53,073 bases of DNA from Octopus sinensis. Taxonomy: Eukaryota. The first letter of the stretch is position 1; every line of letters starts with the position of its first letter. Made by a program: the position numbers and the translations under genes. Under the pieces are notes generated by a model that was not told where the DNA came from, made no database searches, and saw only the letters and a program-made list of their open reading frames with translations. The stretch lies in assembly GCF_006345805.1 (NCBI RefSeq), contig NW_021833855.1, positions 1-53,073 of the forward strand, in the 5' to 3' direction. Positions 36,113-47,432 of the stretch are shown here, in pieces.

Positions 36113-37330
36113 AATCTGCGCGAATCTGCGTTGCTGATACGCTAGATTTTTCCCAAAAAGGAGATTCGAGGAACGCGCATAAGATAGACGGACAATTGGG
36201 TGGAGTGCCGGGCAGCGGGTGTGCACAACTTCCAGGATGTGGTCTCTGCGAACACTGTTAAAAGCGTTGCGCACGTCCAGCTTAACAAGATATGGAATTT
36301 TTGGATTGCCATTGATGACCAACTCTCTCACCCTATGGGCGGAAGCCTCACAAGCACCGCGAACACCGACACCGAACTGATGTGGCAGCAGCTGAGAGCT
36401 CAAATCAGGGAGGACAACACTGAGGATAATTTTTGCAGAGAGCCTCCTGAATGTGTTTCCCACAGCGATGGGTCTGATGCCCTTATCACTTTTGTTAAGT
36501 GCAGTCATGTTGGCCGAGAACAGTAAATCGCGTGCAAAAGATGGAATATTTCCAGAGACAATTCTGCTGCACAAGGATGCAATCGAGGACAGGAGGCGTG
36601 CACCAGATTCCTCTGTTATGGGCGCGACAAGATCCTTTAGGTGTATCGGCTTTAGGCCATCTACCCGCCACTGCTCGGTGGAAATGATCCAAGGCAGGCT
36701 AACATGTCACTATCTCTCTTATCCTTCTTCTCTATCCCTCTCTTTCCCTTTTCTTTTTCTTTTTTTCCTTTTTCTTTTTTCCTTTTATCCTTTCATTCTT
36801 GTCTATCCCATTTCCCCATTTTTATTCTCTTTTCCTCTATTCTATTGGACTCTTCTGTAGCTATCCCCATGTCATTTTGTTTATCTTGTAAATCTGTTAA
36901 TTCTCGCAAACCGGGTCGCTCCTGCGCCTTTTGCAGTCAGTTTTTCCACCTCTCGTGTGTTAAACTCACTATACGTGATTCGGCGTCAATCCTTTCTTGG
37001 AAGTGCCCCTCATGCCTCCCACACACGTGGATCCCTAAGCCTTCTCCCCACCCGGCGCCCATCCCGCCCGACAAGTTCTTGTTGCTTCTTTCCGAATCCC
37101 GAAGCTTCCGCGTAATCCCTGCAAGAATTCCCAAATCTGCGCTAATCTGCGTTGCTGATACGCTATCCGACATAATCGATCAGTCCCTTAAAAGCAATCT
37201 TCCAGAAACTTGGTGCAAACTATTTTCGTTTCCTTCTGTTTGTCTGGGCGCTGCCCCTCATAAAACGGAGTCAGTAAATAGGAAATCGGCCGCTCAGCAG
37301 ATTAAAGACCGCTGCAGTTCATTTTTTTTT
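36113..37330. mobile_element. Rearranged CRE-like element: RT segment (-) and 5' PHD segment (+)
   Basis: Minus strand 36145-36695: IRPIAVGNTFRRL, QFGVG, KLDVRNAFNSVRRD. Plus strand 36869-37330: PHD finger CLSC..CAFC..FHLSC..WKCPSC and RIPKSA, preceded by a pyrimidine-rich tract. Confidence 0.85.
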
Positions 37331-37359
37331 TAATTTTTTCTCTAATATTCAAATAAATT

Positions 37360-37730
37360 TTCATTAATTAATTTGGTGCCTATTTTCGTGATTCATGAAA
37401 TAGAAAAGTACCAGGAAATCCTTTCGAGAAGCCACTTGGACTCGCAAATGGTTTTCCTTTTTTGCGATCTCGTGGCTTATCAAAAAATTGGTAATATTTG
37501 CAGTCCTGGCATTGTGATACCAATATTTAAAAGCGGAATTCTCAATCTGATTATTCTTTGCAAGTTCTTCTACAGCTGTAGAATCTACAGCTTTGTTTCG
37601 CAAATCACCAATTGGATATTTTTTTGCTTTTTTATTCTTTCAATCTTGAAATATGTACGTCAGTTACAATGTTCCCTTTATCGTCTTCTAGAACATACAA
37701 ATCTCCATTAACGGTTCTGACATAATAAAG
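37360..37730 (-). mobile_element. hAT transposase N-terminal fragment
   Basis: NFLISHEIAKK..PF-type motif. Confidence 0.4.
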
Positions 37731-37759
37731 TGTAGTATCTAGTCCATATGTTTTCACGA

Positions 37760-40700
37760 GAAATTTCTCGCGGCGCAAATGCTAATAAAAAATAATCTCG
37801 CGGCACATAATAAAAAATCAAAACATAATAATAAAATTCGAAATTCAAAATTTATTATTTTTACATAGTTTTTCTATGCCTGGCTCAATATTTGATAAGG
37901 CCAGTCCCATTTCTGAATCCAAATCCAGTAGATTTTCTCGCTTATTTGTTTTAATGTTTTGTAATGCAGAAAATCCCTTTTCACAAAAATAAGTTGTTGC
38001 AAATTGTAGAATTATCCGCATTGCTTTATCTGTTATGTTTGGAAATCTAGAACGAATTTTGATCCAAAATTCGCCAATATTTAATTCCGTATGTGATAAT
38101 TTTAAGGTACGATCATTAAATAGTTCAATAAGCTCCATATTTTCGAACGGTGATAACTCATTACTATGACTAACCAAAAATGGATTCCGTATCTAAAACT
38201 AATTATTTAAAATAAATACCCAATCATATTTTCCAATGTCTATGTCTATTAATTATATTTTTCAATTGTACGAGGTTTCATTTTTTAATTCTTTAAAATA
38301 ATCAATTGAATAATCTTTATATTCCGGGTGCTTAGATGAAAAATGTCTACGAAGTTTAGATGGAACCATTGATTCATTCGACAACACCTCCATGCAAATC
38401 AGGCACTGTGGTAAACTATTTCCAGTGCCACAACAGTCAAAACCCATAGATAAAAAAGATGATTTGTAATGACGAATACTCCGATACACAAACATAACAA
38501 ATAGCAACGTGATTATAATTTATTATAATCGTCCCCTCTGTCCAATCCAACTGGTTCAAGCACGTTGGGGAAGCCAGCAGCGTTGAGAGCTCTTGAGATT
38601 ACGTCGTTGATTGCTCCATGGCGAGGCGAGCGGCCTGCGCTCCGGCGGCAGGAAAGGGGGTGAAGGCCTTTCACGTCCACCGTACCTCCGCATCGACAGG
38701 GATGAGAGGCGCAGACATCGAGCCCCAGCCGAAGAGCGACCCCGATACGCAGTGTTTCGTTGTCCAATAGGGAACCCGTCGATGACGTTGGGTAAGCGTC
38801 GAGCCAGGATCCACTATGCGCGTGTGCTGCCGAAAGCAGGCACGCTAGCCGGTGTTGGTCTAGCTCTGGTTTCATCTTCGAAAACGAGTCGGCGGCCCAT
38901 ATTTCATCCCATTCCCGTTGCACAGACATGTCGAACGGGAGAGGTAGGTTAGCGTCAGTCCAGAATTCCAGAAGGTCGGCAGTCGGCAACTCCAGAGAGA
39001 GTTCGTTGAAGGGGAGTAGAACCTCTCGGACAAGTTGCCGGCTTCTGGAAATTGAAGAGAAGTGTGCATGTGGAGCCAGATCTTTTGGCGAGCGAAGACC
39101 GATCCCACCGAACCTGACGGGAAGTTTCGCTTGAGTCCAACCGATTTCGTCAAAAGAAATGTTCAGAACTGCTTCCGTGCAAGATTTCAGTGATTTTTCC
39201 AAGTAAGTCAGAGTGTCTGGATGCGAGTAGCATGGCAGGCAGCGGAGCGTGTAAAGAAGTTTCGGCATGTGTATACTGTTTTTCATAAGGAAGAAAGCGA
39301 TGTGTGAGTCTAACTCCAAGAGACTGCTTGTGAGGTTACGGAATTCAGAGTCCTTCTTCGCCAGATGGGCCTTTAGGCCAGATGGGCTTAAAGGGCATCC
39401 AAGGAAGGTTGCTTCTGATGGCTGGATTGTTTGTGCACCAGCGATGAAGCCTTGAATTATCATGTTGACATTCGGAAAATCCGCCTCAGGGTAGTTGAGG
39501 TTTAGGATTTCCGATTTATCCACGTTAACGTCTAGTCCAAGGTTGCGCAGAGAAGGGATTAGGCGGGATAGGTCCTCGGTGATGGATTCCACTGAGCCGC
39601 CAATGGTGGCGTCGTCCAGGTACCATAAATTGAATGGTGAGAGGATTGATCGTACAGCCTCGTCGATTGCTAAGGCGAATAGTAATGGTCCAAGAGGGTC
39701 GCCTTGTTGGACTCCTGTTCGAGAACGGATGACTTTATCCCCAAAGATAAGTGAGGTGTCTTCCCCGTACGAGAGGAAGAAAAGCTGGGAAATCTCCGGA
39801 GCTCGACGCATACCTCCATTATACGGTCCCTCCTGACGCTGTTGAAGGCATTACGCAGATCGAGTTTGACAGCCACGTGACGATGGAGTAGGGCGTCCTT
39901 TGAAAGAAAGAGAGTTCGGGCCGCGTATACGGCAGCTTCACAGCCGTTTGGGATCCCGACTTCCAGTTGAAGTGGAGCTAGTTCGGTGCTGAGGCGTAGA
40001 CTGACGTGTCGTGCGGCAGCTTTAGCGGCAAGCCGGCGGAACAAGTTGCCAACAGCGATCGGACGAATACCTCCGTCCTTTTTTCTGAATGCCAGTAGAT
40101 GAGACGAGAAGAGTAGCTTCGTAGCAAAATTCGGGATGTTCCCGCTCAGCAACCGGTTTATAAGTGTGGTGATGGCAGTGAGTAGAGTTTGGCCTGCCTC
40201 GGCTGTCGTTTGGGAAATGAGGTCTTTTAGGTGCCCTGGACGTAGTCCGTCTAGGCCCCCACAGGTGCTTTTCCCGAAAGATTGAATTGAGCGTTTGACT
40301 TCCTCGTTCGTCAGAGTTAGGACTGGAGTGTCTCTTGGGCGTTCGAGGGGTCGGAGGTCGACGGGAGGGTCTGGATGTTTGGTTTTCAGTTTGTCGAGAA
40401 CGTCGGAAGTTGGAAGTAAGACCGTGTCATCGTTCATGACAGTGCGGATAGCAGCTCGGATGTCGCCTTCGGCCAGCTTGCTACTGACACGTTCACTCAA
40501 GTTCCGCCCGGAGTTGTAGTCCGGGTTAGGGTGCTTGTTGTCATTTTTCGTGGGTTGTGTGAAGGACAAGTTTGCGGGAGAAGTCTTTGGTAGAGAGAAA
40601 ATTTTGCTAAAGTTCTGTTTGATTCGTGAGGAGAGAGGTTGTGGATTTTTTTCAGTGCGAATCTGAGTCCCGAGGGTCAGAGGGGCAAAGCTGATGAAGC

Positions 40701-41690
40701 AGGTCCATGCTTCCCAAGTATTCAACAGAAGCGTATCGTTGATAACAGTTGACAGGCACATGGCTGTTTGTATGCGTGCAGATTTAGGAATTCGGAGAGG
40801 GATTTTTAGAGACCGGCGGAAGCACGATAATTCGACGAGGAAGGAGTCCACGTTTTCAAATGAGTTACTGGCCGTTGTGGGCATGGTCTGGTGGTTAGTG
40901 AGTATAGGCCCAGAACCGTGGGAAGAAAGCAGACAGGAAGAGCAAAGCCATCTGGTGATTGTCAAGGCGGCTTTCTTGCTGATTTTGAGGCAGTAGAGAT
41001 GGAAATAGCCATTGCAAAGGGAGCAGCGAACCCCATTTTTGCCAGGGCAAGAAGAAAAACAGACACCGCATGATGAAGTCTCGCGGAGGAAAGTGTAAAC
41101 TGGTTTGGTTTCTTTAACACAGCTGCTATTTTTTCCAAGTTTCTTGGTCACCATCTTCTCAGGGTTCATCTTCTTTATCTACTTTATCTTCTTCTTTGTC
41201 TTCTTTATCAGAACGGCTTCCCATTCCGGAATGGCAATTGCCTGATCTGGGACGCCACGTGCGCAGACACTGTCTACTGTCATCTGCTTCTTCTTCCGGC
41301 TCGGAAGCCCGCAAAGTAGAAAAGTACAAGAATCTTGCCACTCGGCATTCCGTCGTGCCTGTGGCTTTTGAGACATCAGGCGCTTCCGGTCCGCAGACCA
41401 CATGCTTTTTAAAAGACCTCGGTATCCTCATCGCTCGGAAGAAGATGGATGCTCGCGAGTCTTCTTGGTTGTGGCAGAGGATCTCGCAATCGTGCGCGGG
41501 AACGCGCAAGCAATCCGTTCGGCTGGGTTAATTTAGTTAACTGACAATTGTTTTGTTATTTACTAGTGGATTTATTATAATTGTTTCATAATAAATAATT
41601 TTTAAGTTAAAAATTAAACAAAAAATAAGTAAATATAGATCTTCACGCGGCACATTTTATATGGTCCCGCGGCACATTTTTGTGCATGTT
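37760..41690 (-). mobile_element. Internally deleted hAT (Buster/ZBED5-like) element hosting the CRE insertion
   Basis: BED finger PQCLICMEVLSNESMVPSKLRRHF..KH; C-terminal YDW|IRNPF..FATTYFCEKGFS; subterminal CGCGGCACA motifs near both ends. Confidence 0.8.
38530..41569. mobile_element. Near full-length CRE-like retrotransposon (PHD-RT-CCHC-RLE) with inverted 5' portion and 12-bp TSD
   Basis: Minus strand 38530-41210: PHD, IRPIAVG, LDLRNAFN, GVQQGDPLGP, WYLDD, CRCG..HPLSC, ending at GLDRGD. Plus strand ~41212-41535 resumes at FPFRNG.CLIWDATC..VPVAFETSG. ATTTATTATAAT flanks it at 38518-38529 and 41570-41581. Confidence 0.9.
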
Positions 41691-41791
41691 GATAAGCTAG
41701 AAATGGTTACTAAGAAGCATCAAGAAAGACCAAAATACATAATTTAGATGACTGGATTATTAAAAAAATCTTGCTTCGAAATATTTTTAAT

Positions 41792-43013
41792 TAGGCTTAC
41801 CATCTGTCCTGGATAAAGGAACCTTGTCCCAGATTATCATATTTATTATTATTTAGTAATATGGGATTGTGGCTAACTATACAATTATAAAAATAATATT
41901 GAATTTTTGAAATTTAATATTGCACGTTCTTTAAGAATTGTGATGCCTTTCCCGTCAAAAAGAAAAAAATATTTTTAATTTGAACAGCAGCTCAAAATAC
42001 TTACATTTAACCGTTTCTTAAGAGTAAAAGAGTAAAAACTATCTACTTACTGCAAAAGAAGCAGTCTTTGCATATCACACTGCGCTTCATATTTCCGACT
42101 GTTCTTCAACATTAATATCTATTTTATTCAACCCATTTTCACTTCAGCTAGAACGAAAACGGAAGATGTAATATGTAATGCAATTTTTCCATTGGCCAAA
42201 GAAGAATTGGTAACTAAATTAATGACGGTCCGTTTTCTATTTATACAATTGGCATGTCAAATAGAAAAGATATTGAACTTATGCCAATTGTTTTCGGATA
42301 TTTTTTACCATAGGTAAAAGCGATAGTTATTGCTCCTGTGTATCTTATTTGGAATTGTGAGAAAAAATTATAGAGGAGGGGAATACTTTTTTTGAATACA
42401 CAAAAATGATATTGAATGGGTTGATGTAGAAGCATTGGCAGAAAAAATTCATAAAGCAATTAGATTCAAAGATATAAATGTTGATTTTTTGATGAATTTG
42501 TTAATGTAAAATCGTTCTGGTCAAAAAAATAAGGAAAGGAAAACTAATCAGGATAACTACGAATCAAATCGGATGCATGTTTGTAAATATTTTAATGAGA
42601 TAAGCATTCAAGTTTCAAATTTTATTAAAATTATCGAATATGTTCTTTGCTTACCTGGCACTACCGCTCCTGTAGACAGAATATTTTAAATTATAAATTC
42701 CACTTGGTCAAATGAAAGAAGTCGAATGAAAGAAGTCGAATGAAAGAAGTCGAATGAAAGAAGAAACCTTCAAATCACAATTGAGTTGTAAATTGAACAT
42801 TGACATGACGTGCACTGATATTTTAAAAAAAATCAAAAATTTATAGATAAAGTTCATTCAGTTAAAAAACATAATCGAATTTCTTGACTAATTTTAACTA
42901 AACATATTTTCTTGTTTTTCTGTAAAAATTTTTTTTTCCCAGAAAGTCCCAAATTTTTATTGTCGAAATCGATAAACGTCCCGGATTTCCAGAATAATAA
43001 AGTTGTAAGTCTA
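41792..43013 (+). mobile_element. Degenerate hAT-like element
   Basis: Imperfect TIR TAGGCTTACCA / TTGTAAGTCTA flanked by (T)TTTTAAT; dimerisation-domain remnant VLCLPGTTAPVDRIF..WSNERSRM; 14-bp tandem repeat at ~42714-42762. Confidence 0.6.
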
Positions 43014-44399
43014 TTTTAATGAATTCTATTAACGCAATTTTCTAATAACCGTTATATGTTTGAAGAAGTGTAATTGTGGAGCCAGACAATCGAGTGACTG
43101 TAAGATAAGGCGCTTCAATGCAGTTATCCTGGAGTTAATTTTGTCACTGATATCCAAAAAGAATCCTCAATATTTCGCAGAATGCAGCTATCACGAATCC
43201 TGGATTTTTAAACGTATGTGAAGTGAATAAGATAAGACAGGTTTATTTTCGCAAAGAGATACCGGACATAAAGTTAAGGGCCAGTAGGAGGCCTTATTCA
43301 TAAAGTCGTCTATGGCTATTTCCTTCTCTTCTCTAGAAATTTTCCTCAGAGGGATGATAACGTGCTCACATGGTTTTTGTAGTCAAAGTAAGCCTAACAT
43401 TGACTTTAAAATAATGATTCTGATACTCTACGTCAAACTTTATCATTTCATCTGACTATAAGCAGTCAAATACTTAATGAAATACAGAAATACAACATAC
43501 TATGCTCAATTCCAACTGCTCTAAAGGCAAGAATTTCACGCAAAATGAATGGCTCATTTATACTCGAGTTCAAATTTCATCCGGAGGCTAAAATAACTTC
43601 CAAATGGAGCTTGATTAGCTGAAACATTTTGGCTCGGATTTCCATTAAATATGTGAAGTGAATCTTGTATTTTAACGTGCTCGGAAATCACATTTCAGTG
43701 ATATATGAAAGAGACCAATAATTTTTGTCTTCGTTTTCTTTTTTACATTAAAATAAAGTTATATAATTTCCAAATAGAAAATGGATAAAATCAAACGATT
43801 TAAAAAAAACAATTAAAATACACAAAATTTCCATTAACAAAATTAAATTGCAAAAAAAAATTTTTAAATAGCAGATTAAAAAGAATAAAATCAAAAAATT
43901 TCAAAAAAGTGAAAGAAGCAGATTAGAGGAATAAAATCAAAAAATCCAAAAATGATGAAATTTCAGATAACTTAATCACTTAAGAAAAATTGCATCACGA
44001 AATATTCCTTCTGAACCCAATTAAACAAAAAAATTAATATAAAGTAGAATCAAAACACAACAAAATAAAAATAACACGTGTGAGAGTTTATCAGGCTTTT
44101 ATTAAAAATTCATCTAAATAAACAATTCTGAATTAAAATTTATTTATATTTAAAAAGACAAACTAAAAGTTTACCAATGGGCTATAATTGAATCTTAGAG
44201 GTCACCAATGGCCTCGAGAATCACTGATTTAGAGTAAACTAATAGTTACAATGACCCAATCACAACTCTATTAATTGATTTCCTATTATTTCAGTAAATA
44301 AAATCACAGTAAAGTCTCTCGAATCTGCCAATTATAACTAATAATAAATTTTTTTCAAAAAATATAACGTACAAATTTCTCTTATGATGATATTTGAAA

Positions 44400-44526
44400 T
44401 AAGAGAGGAAAGAGAGTATTCTTGGCTCCTGGAACGTCTGTCGATTGCTGTGATCCGAGGGAACGGCTTCGCCATTCGCGAGGCTGGCCGGGTGTCTCGT
44501 GAGGCCAGTAATTAGCTTAGCTATCT
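44400..44526 (+). mobile_element. Short CRE-like 3' end
   Basis: EYSWLLERLSIAVIRGNGFAIR; near-identical to 45083-45175. Confidence 0.7.
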
Positions 44527-44589
44527 CTTCACTTCCATTCGCTATAATCAATATTGTTAAAAAAAAGAGAGGAAATGTGTTGAATAACT

Positions 44590-45065
44590 TAAGGTCTGAC
44601 ATTTCTTGTAAAAAATTTTAAGATTTAGTGAAATCGATAATGATACGATTTCTTAGATTAATTTAATGGATGCTAAAAGAGCCATTCTGAACGATGAAAT
44701 ATTACTAAAAAATCCAATATATTTGCTTCGAAACGAAGATCGGATCCTCAAAATTGGCGGATTTGAGGAACTTTACTGAATTATCTTTCAATTTAAGTAT
44801 TTTATCTCAGGTGAAGTCATAAATTAGAATAATCTATTGTATCATGTTTCATCAATGAATTTACTACAAGGAGAGAAAAATTTAAACATTTGAAGGCTTT
44901 GTTGAAGCAATTAAAAGCTATAAAAAACAAAATTTCAGAATAACCGCAGCCGACTGCAAATAAGAACGGAAAAATACTATATCAAACCTGACACCATATT
45001 TTTTAAAATTAAATATATTCTCCTTTTAAATCTAAAATATTATACAATCGTAAAACATGACTTTT
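44590..45065. repeat. Duplicated block downstream of tetraspanin copies (paralogous to ~49420-49900)
   Basis: Colinear similarity from TCTGACATTTCTTGTAAA to ATACAATCGTAAAACATG. Confidence 0.85.
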
Positions 45066-45082
45066 TAAATGACTTTTAAAAT

Positions 45083-45216
45083 CGTCTGTCGATTGCTGTG
45101 ATCCGAGGGAACGTCTTCGCCATTCGCGCGGCTGGTCGGGTGTCTCGTGAGGCCTTTAACTAACTTAGCTATCTGTAATTTTTGTCTTGTTTAAAAAAAA
45201 AAAAAATCTGTCAAAT

Positions 45217-45244
<28 letters not shown>
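45083..45244 (+). mobile_element. Very short 5'-truncated CRE-like copy with poly(A) tail
   Basis: RLSIAVIRGN.. followed by a 3' UTR and a long A-run; absent from the paralogous site at ~49895. Confidence 0.8.
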
Positions 45245-45247
<3 letters not shown>

Positions 45248-45266
45248 TTAATAGATTAGATTTATT

Positions 45267-46491
45267 GGTACATATGTAGTAGTTGGCGGCCACTTTTTAG
45301 CGAATTTTAAAAAAACTATATTTTTTTTGGTGAATAATTACCTTTTTTAAATAATATTACTATAAAAAAATTAATTATTTTTATACAAAATTATTAATTA
45401 TTTTTTTTATTTTAGTTTTGATTCTGGGGGACAATATAAGGCAATGCACTCCATGATTGTTTCAAATTCTTTCTTTTTGGCTGTCTGTCGCCAAATGAAC
45501 TCCGTAAAATAACTATTAAGGTGTTGTCTGACTGTTCCCCTTTGTTTTCTATTACGCCATTTGGCGCTACTCCACATTCTAAGGAATAATTATATAATTG
45601 GAAACCTTTCAATATGTTGGGTGTGTGCACCCGTAGTTGGATCAACAAAACAATATCTGTGATTCACTTGCAGGTGCTGATATCCTGCATCCTGAAGATC
45701 TTTTGTTGAATAACCCTTCCAGCAGTCTGATATGAGAATGGTGCCTTCTTCTACATTCTCAAGAATAGCCTTCGTAAGGGTCTTCATTGTTCTGTCAGGT
45801 ATTGCTTCTAAGAAGCATTGGTTCGTTTCTCTGCAGATTCCGCCGAAAACCCATTGCTCAGGCAACATTCTGCCTCTGTTGTATTTCCTTTTTGAAAAAT
45901 GACTTTCGTCAATTTCCACAATCATTCCTTCACCGCCTATTATATTATAAATTTACGCACACCTATTTTGGATCTCTGACGAGATGTCAATGATAGCATG
46001 CAAATTTCACGCATGTACATTGACCAGTCCACGGTTGTATGTGAAGCCCAACCAAGATTTTCCATGCATATCTCCATAGAAGATATATTTTTTGCCCACA
46101 GGTAGACAAACCGGATTATATCTTCGAATGGTACTTTGGTTCCTGCTAACCACGTTCCTGTTGAGTTTTAATGATATAAATACCAGTTTTTAGACTCGAT
46201 TTACTTCGACAGCCCCTTCTGTAGCAATTCCAAGCCGGAGAGCTGCCAATGTTTAAAGTCATTTGGTGTCCGTTGCGACACACTTTTTTTTGGGATGATT
46301 CCTCTGGATTGCATGAAATTGATAGCTTCTGACATATTTGTGGGTAGATTGAATAGATTGACCTCACTTCTCATTTAAATTAAAGTAGCGTGGGATTTTA
46401 TTATTTTTATATTGTATTATTTTTAATTATATATTTTTTTAACTAAAAAAAATATAGTTTTTTTAAAATTCGCTAAAAAGTGGCCTAACCC
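45267..46491 (-). mobile_element. Merlin DNA transposon with intron-containing transposase
   Basis: Inverted repeat GGCCACTTTTTAGCGAATTTTAAAAAAACTATA at 45288 and 46485; motifs IVEIDES..KRKYNRGR..WVFGGI, ISDCWKGY, VNH..FVDP.TGAHTQHIER|MW; empty site at ~49915. Confidence 0.9.
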
Positions 46492-46506
46492 TAGTTATTA
46501 TATTAA

Positions 46507-47271
46507 TCAATCGTATTTTCGATATTTAGCAAATATCCCGAGACCCTAGAATTATTAAAATAAATTAAATTACTGTTAGAATACAAATCAGAACTGCTCC
46601 AATGATTAAATAAATTTTATATTTCGTTAATAAATCATCAAGTCTTGCGGCACATCCCTAAAAATATATTCATTATTAAATTACAGTGGTGTATATAATC
46701 TTGTATTTTGAAAAACAACTTGATGGAGGGCTCATACTTCTTGAAACATAATCAAATGCGGAGTCTGCACCACAACATTCGAACGTTTTTTGAATAAAAT
46801 CAAGGTTATATTTATTAAAATTGAAATTTTTTATTTCTCTCAGCAATTCTATCCGTATCAAACTTATCATCTATTGATAGAACTATAATCATTAACTTGT
46901 GGTTTCTTCAGACAATAAAAAACTGTAGCAGCCAAAATCAGAGAAAATATGCAAAATAGACATATCGAGAACTATTTGTTAAATTGATTTTTAATTCTTA
47001 CAAAAATACTGCAACATTGACTATTTGTTTTACAACAATAACAAATTCCGGACAGCATTCCTATAAATGCAAATATTCCTGCAAAGAGGATTATAATTCC
47101 AGGTGTTTGTAAATAAATATTATTAAGTGCATATATCTGAATAGTATCATTTAATATCACTACTCCGGCATAGCTGCCCAGTCCTCCAATGACCTGTTGT
47201 TCTGATTATTAGAAATTTACCCCCAATAGAATTATATTTACTGTAATCAGTAAGCTCGTACAAAACGCCAT
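46507..47271 (-). CDS. Tetraspanin paralog 2
   Basis: Six exons with ~26-30 nt introns; four hydrophobic helices; loop motifs DFIQKTFECCG, PSSC and GC. Confidence 0.85.
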
Positions 47272-47432
47272 TTCTTTTGCAATTTAACGCTACTTTTAAT
47301 TTTTATTTGGCGCAAATATCAAAGCCAATATTGACGCCAGAATTGAATTATATTTACAGTAATCAGTAAGCTCGTACAAAACGTTATTTCTCTTGCAATT
47401 TAACGCTATTTTTAATTATTAAACATTTAAAT

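Noticed and set aside
33641-37340. T-rich TSD enclosing the whole 33.7-37.3 kb CRE/Merlin complex
   Set aside because: The match is low-complexity and imperfect.
38611-41073. Multiple plus-strand ORFs opposite the CRE ORF (and similar ones at 33753-34829)
   Set aside because: Antisense shadow ORFs of GC-richer retrotransposon coding sequence, with no recognisable motifs.
46483-46493. Telomere-like CCTAACCCTA at the damaged Merlin end
   Set aside because: Under two repeat units, so it could easily be chance.
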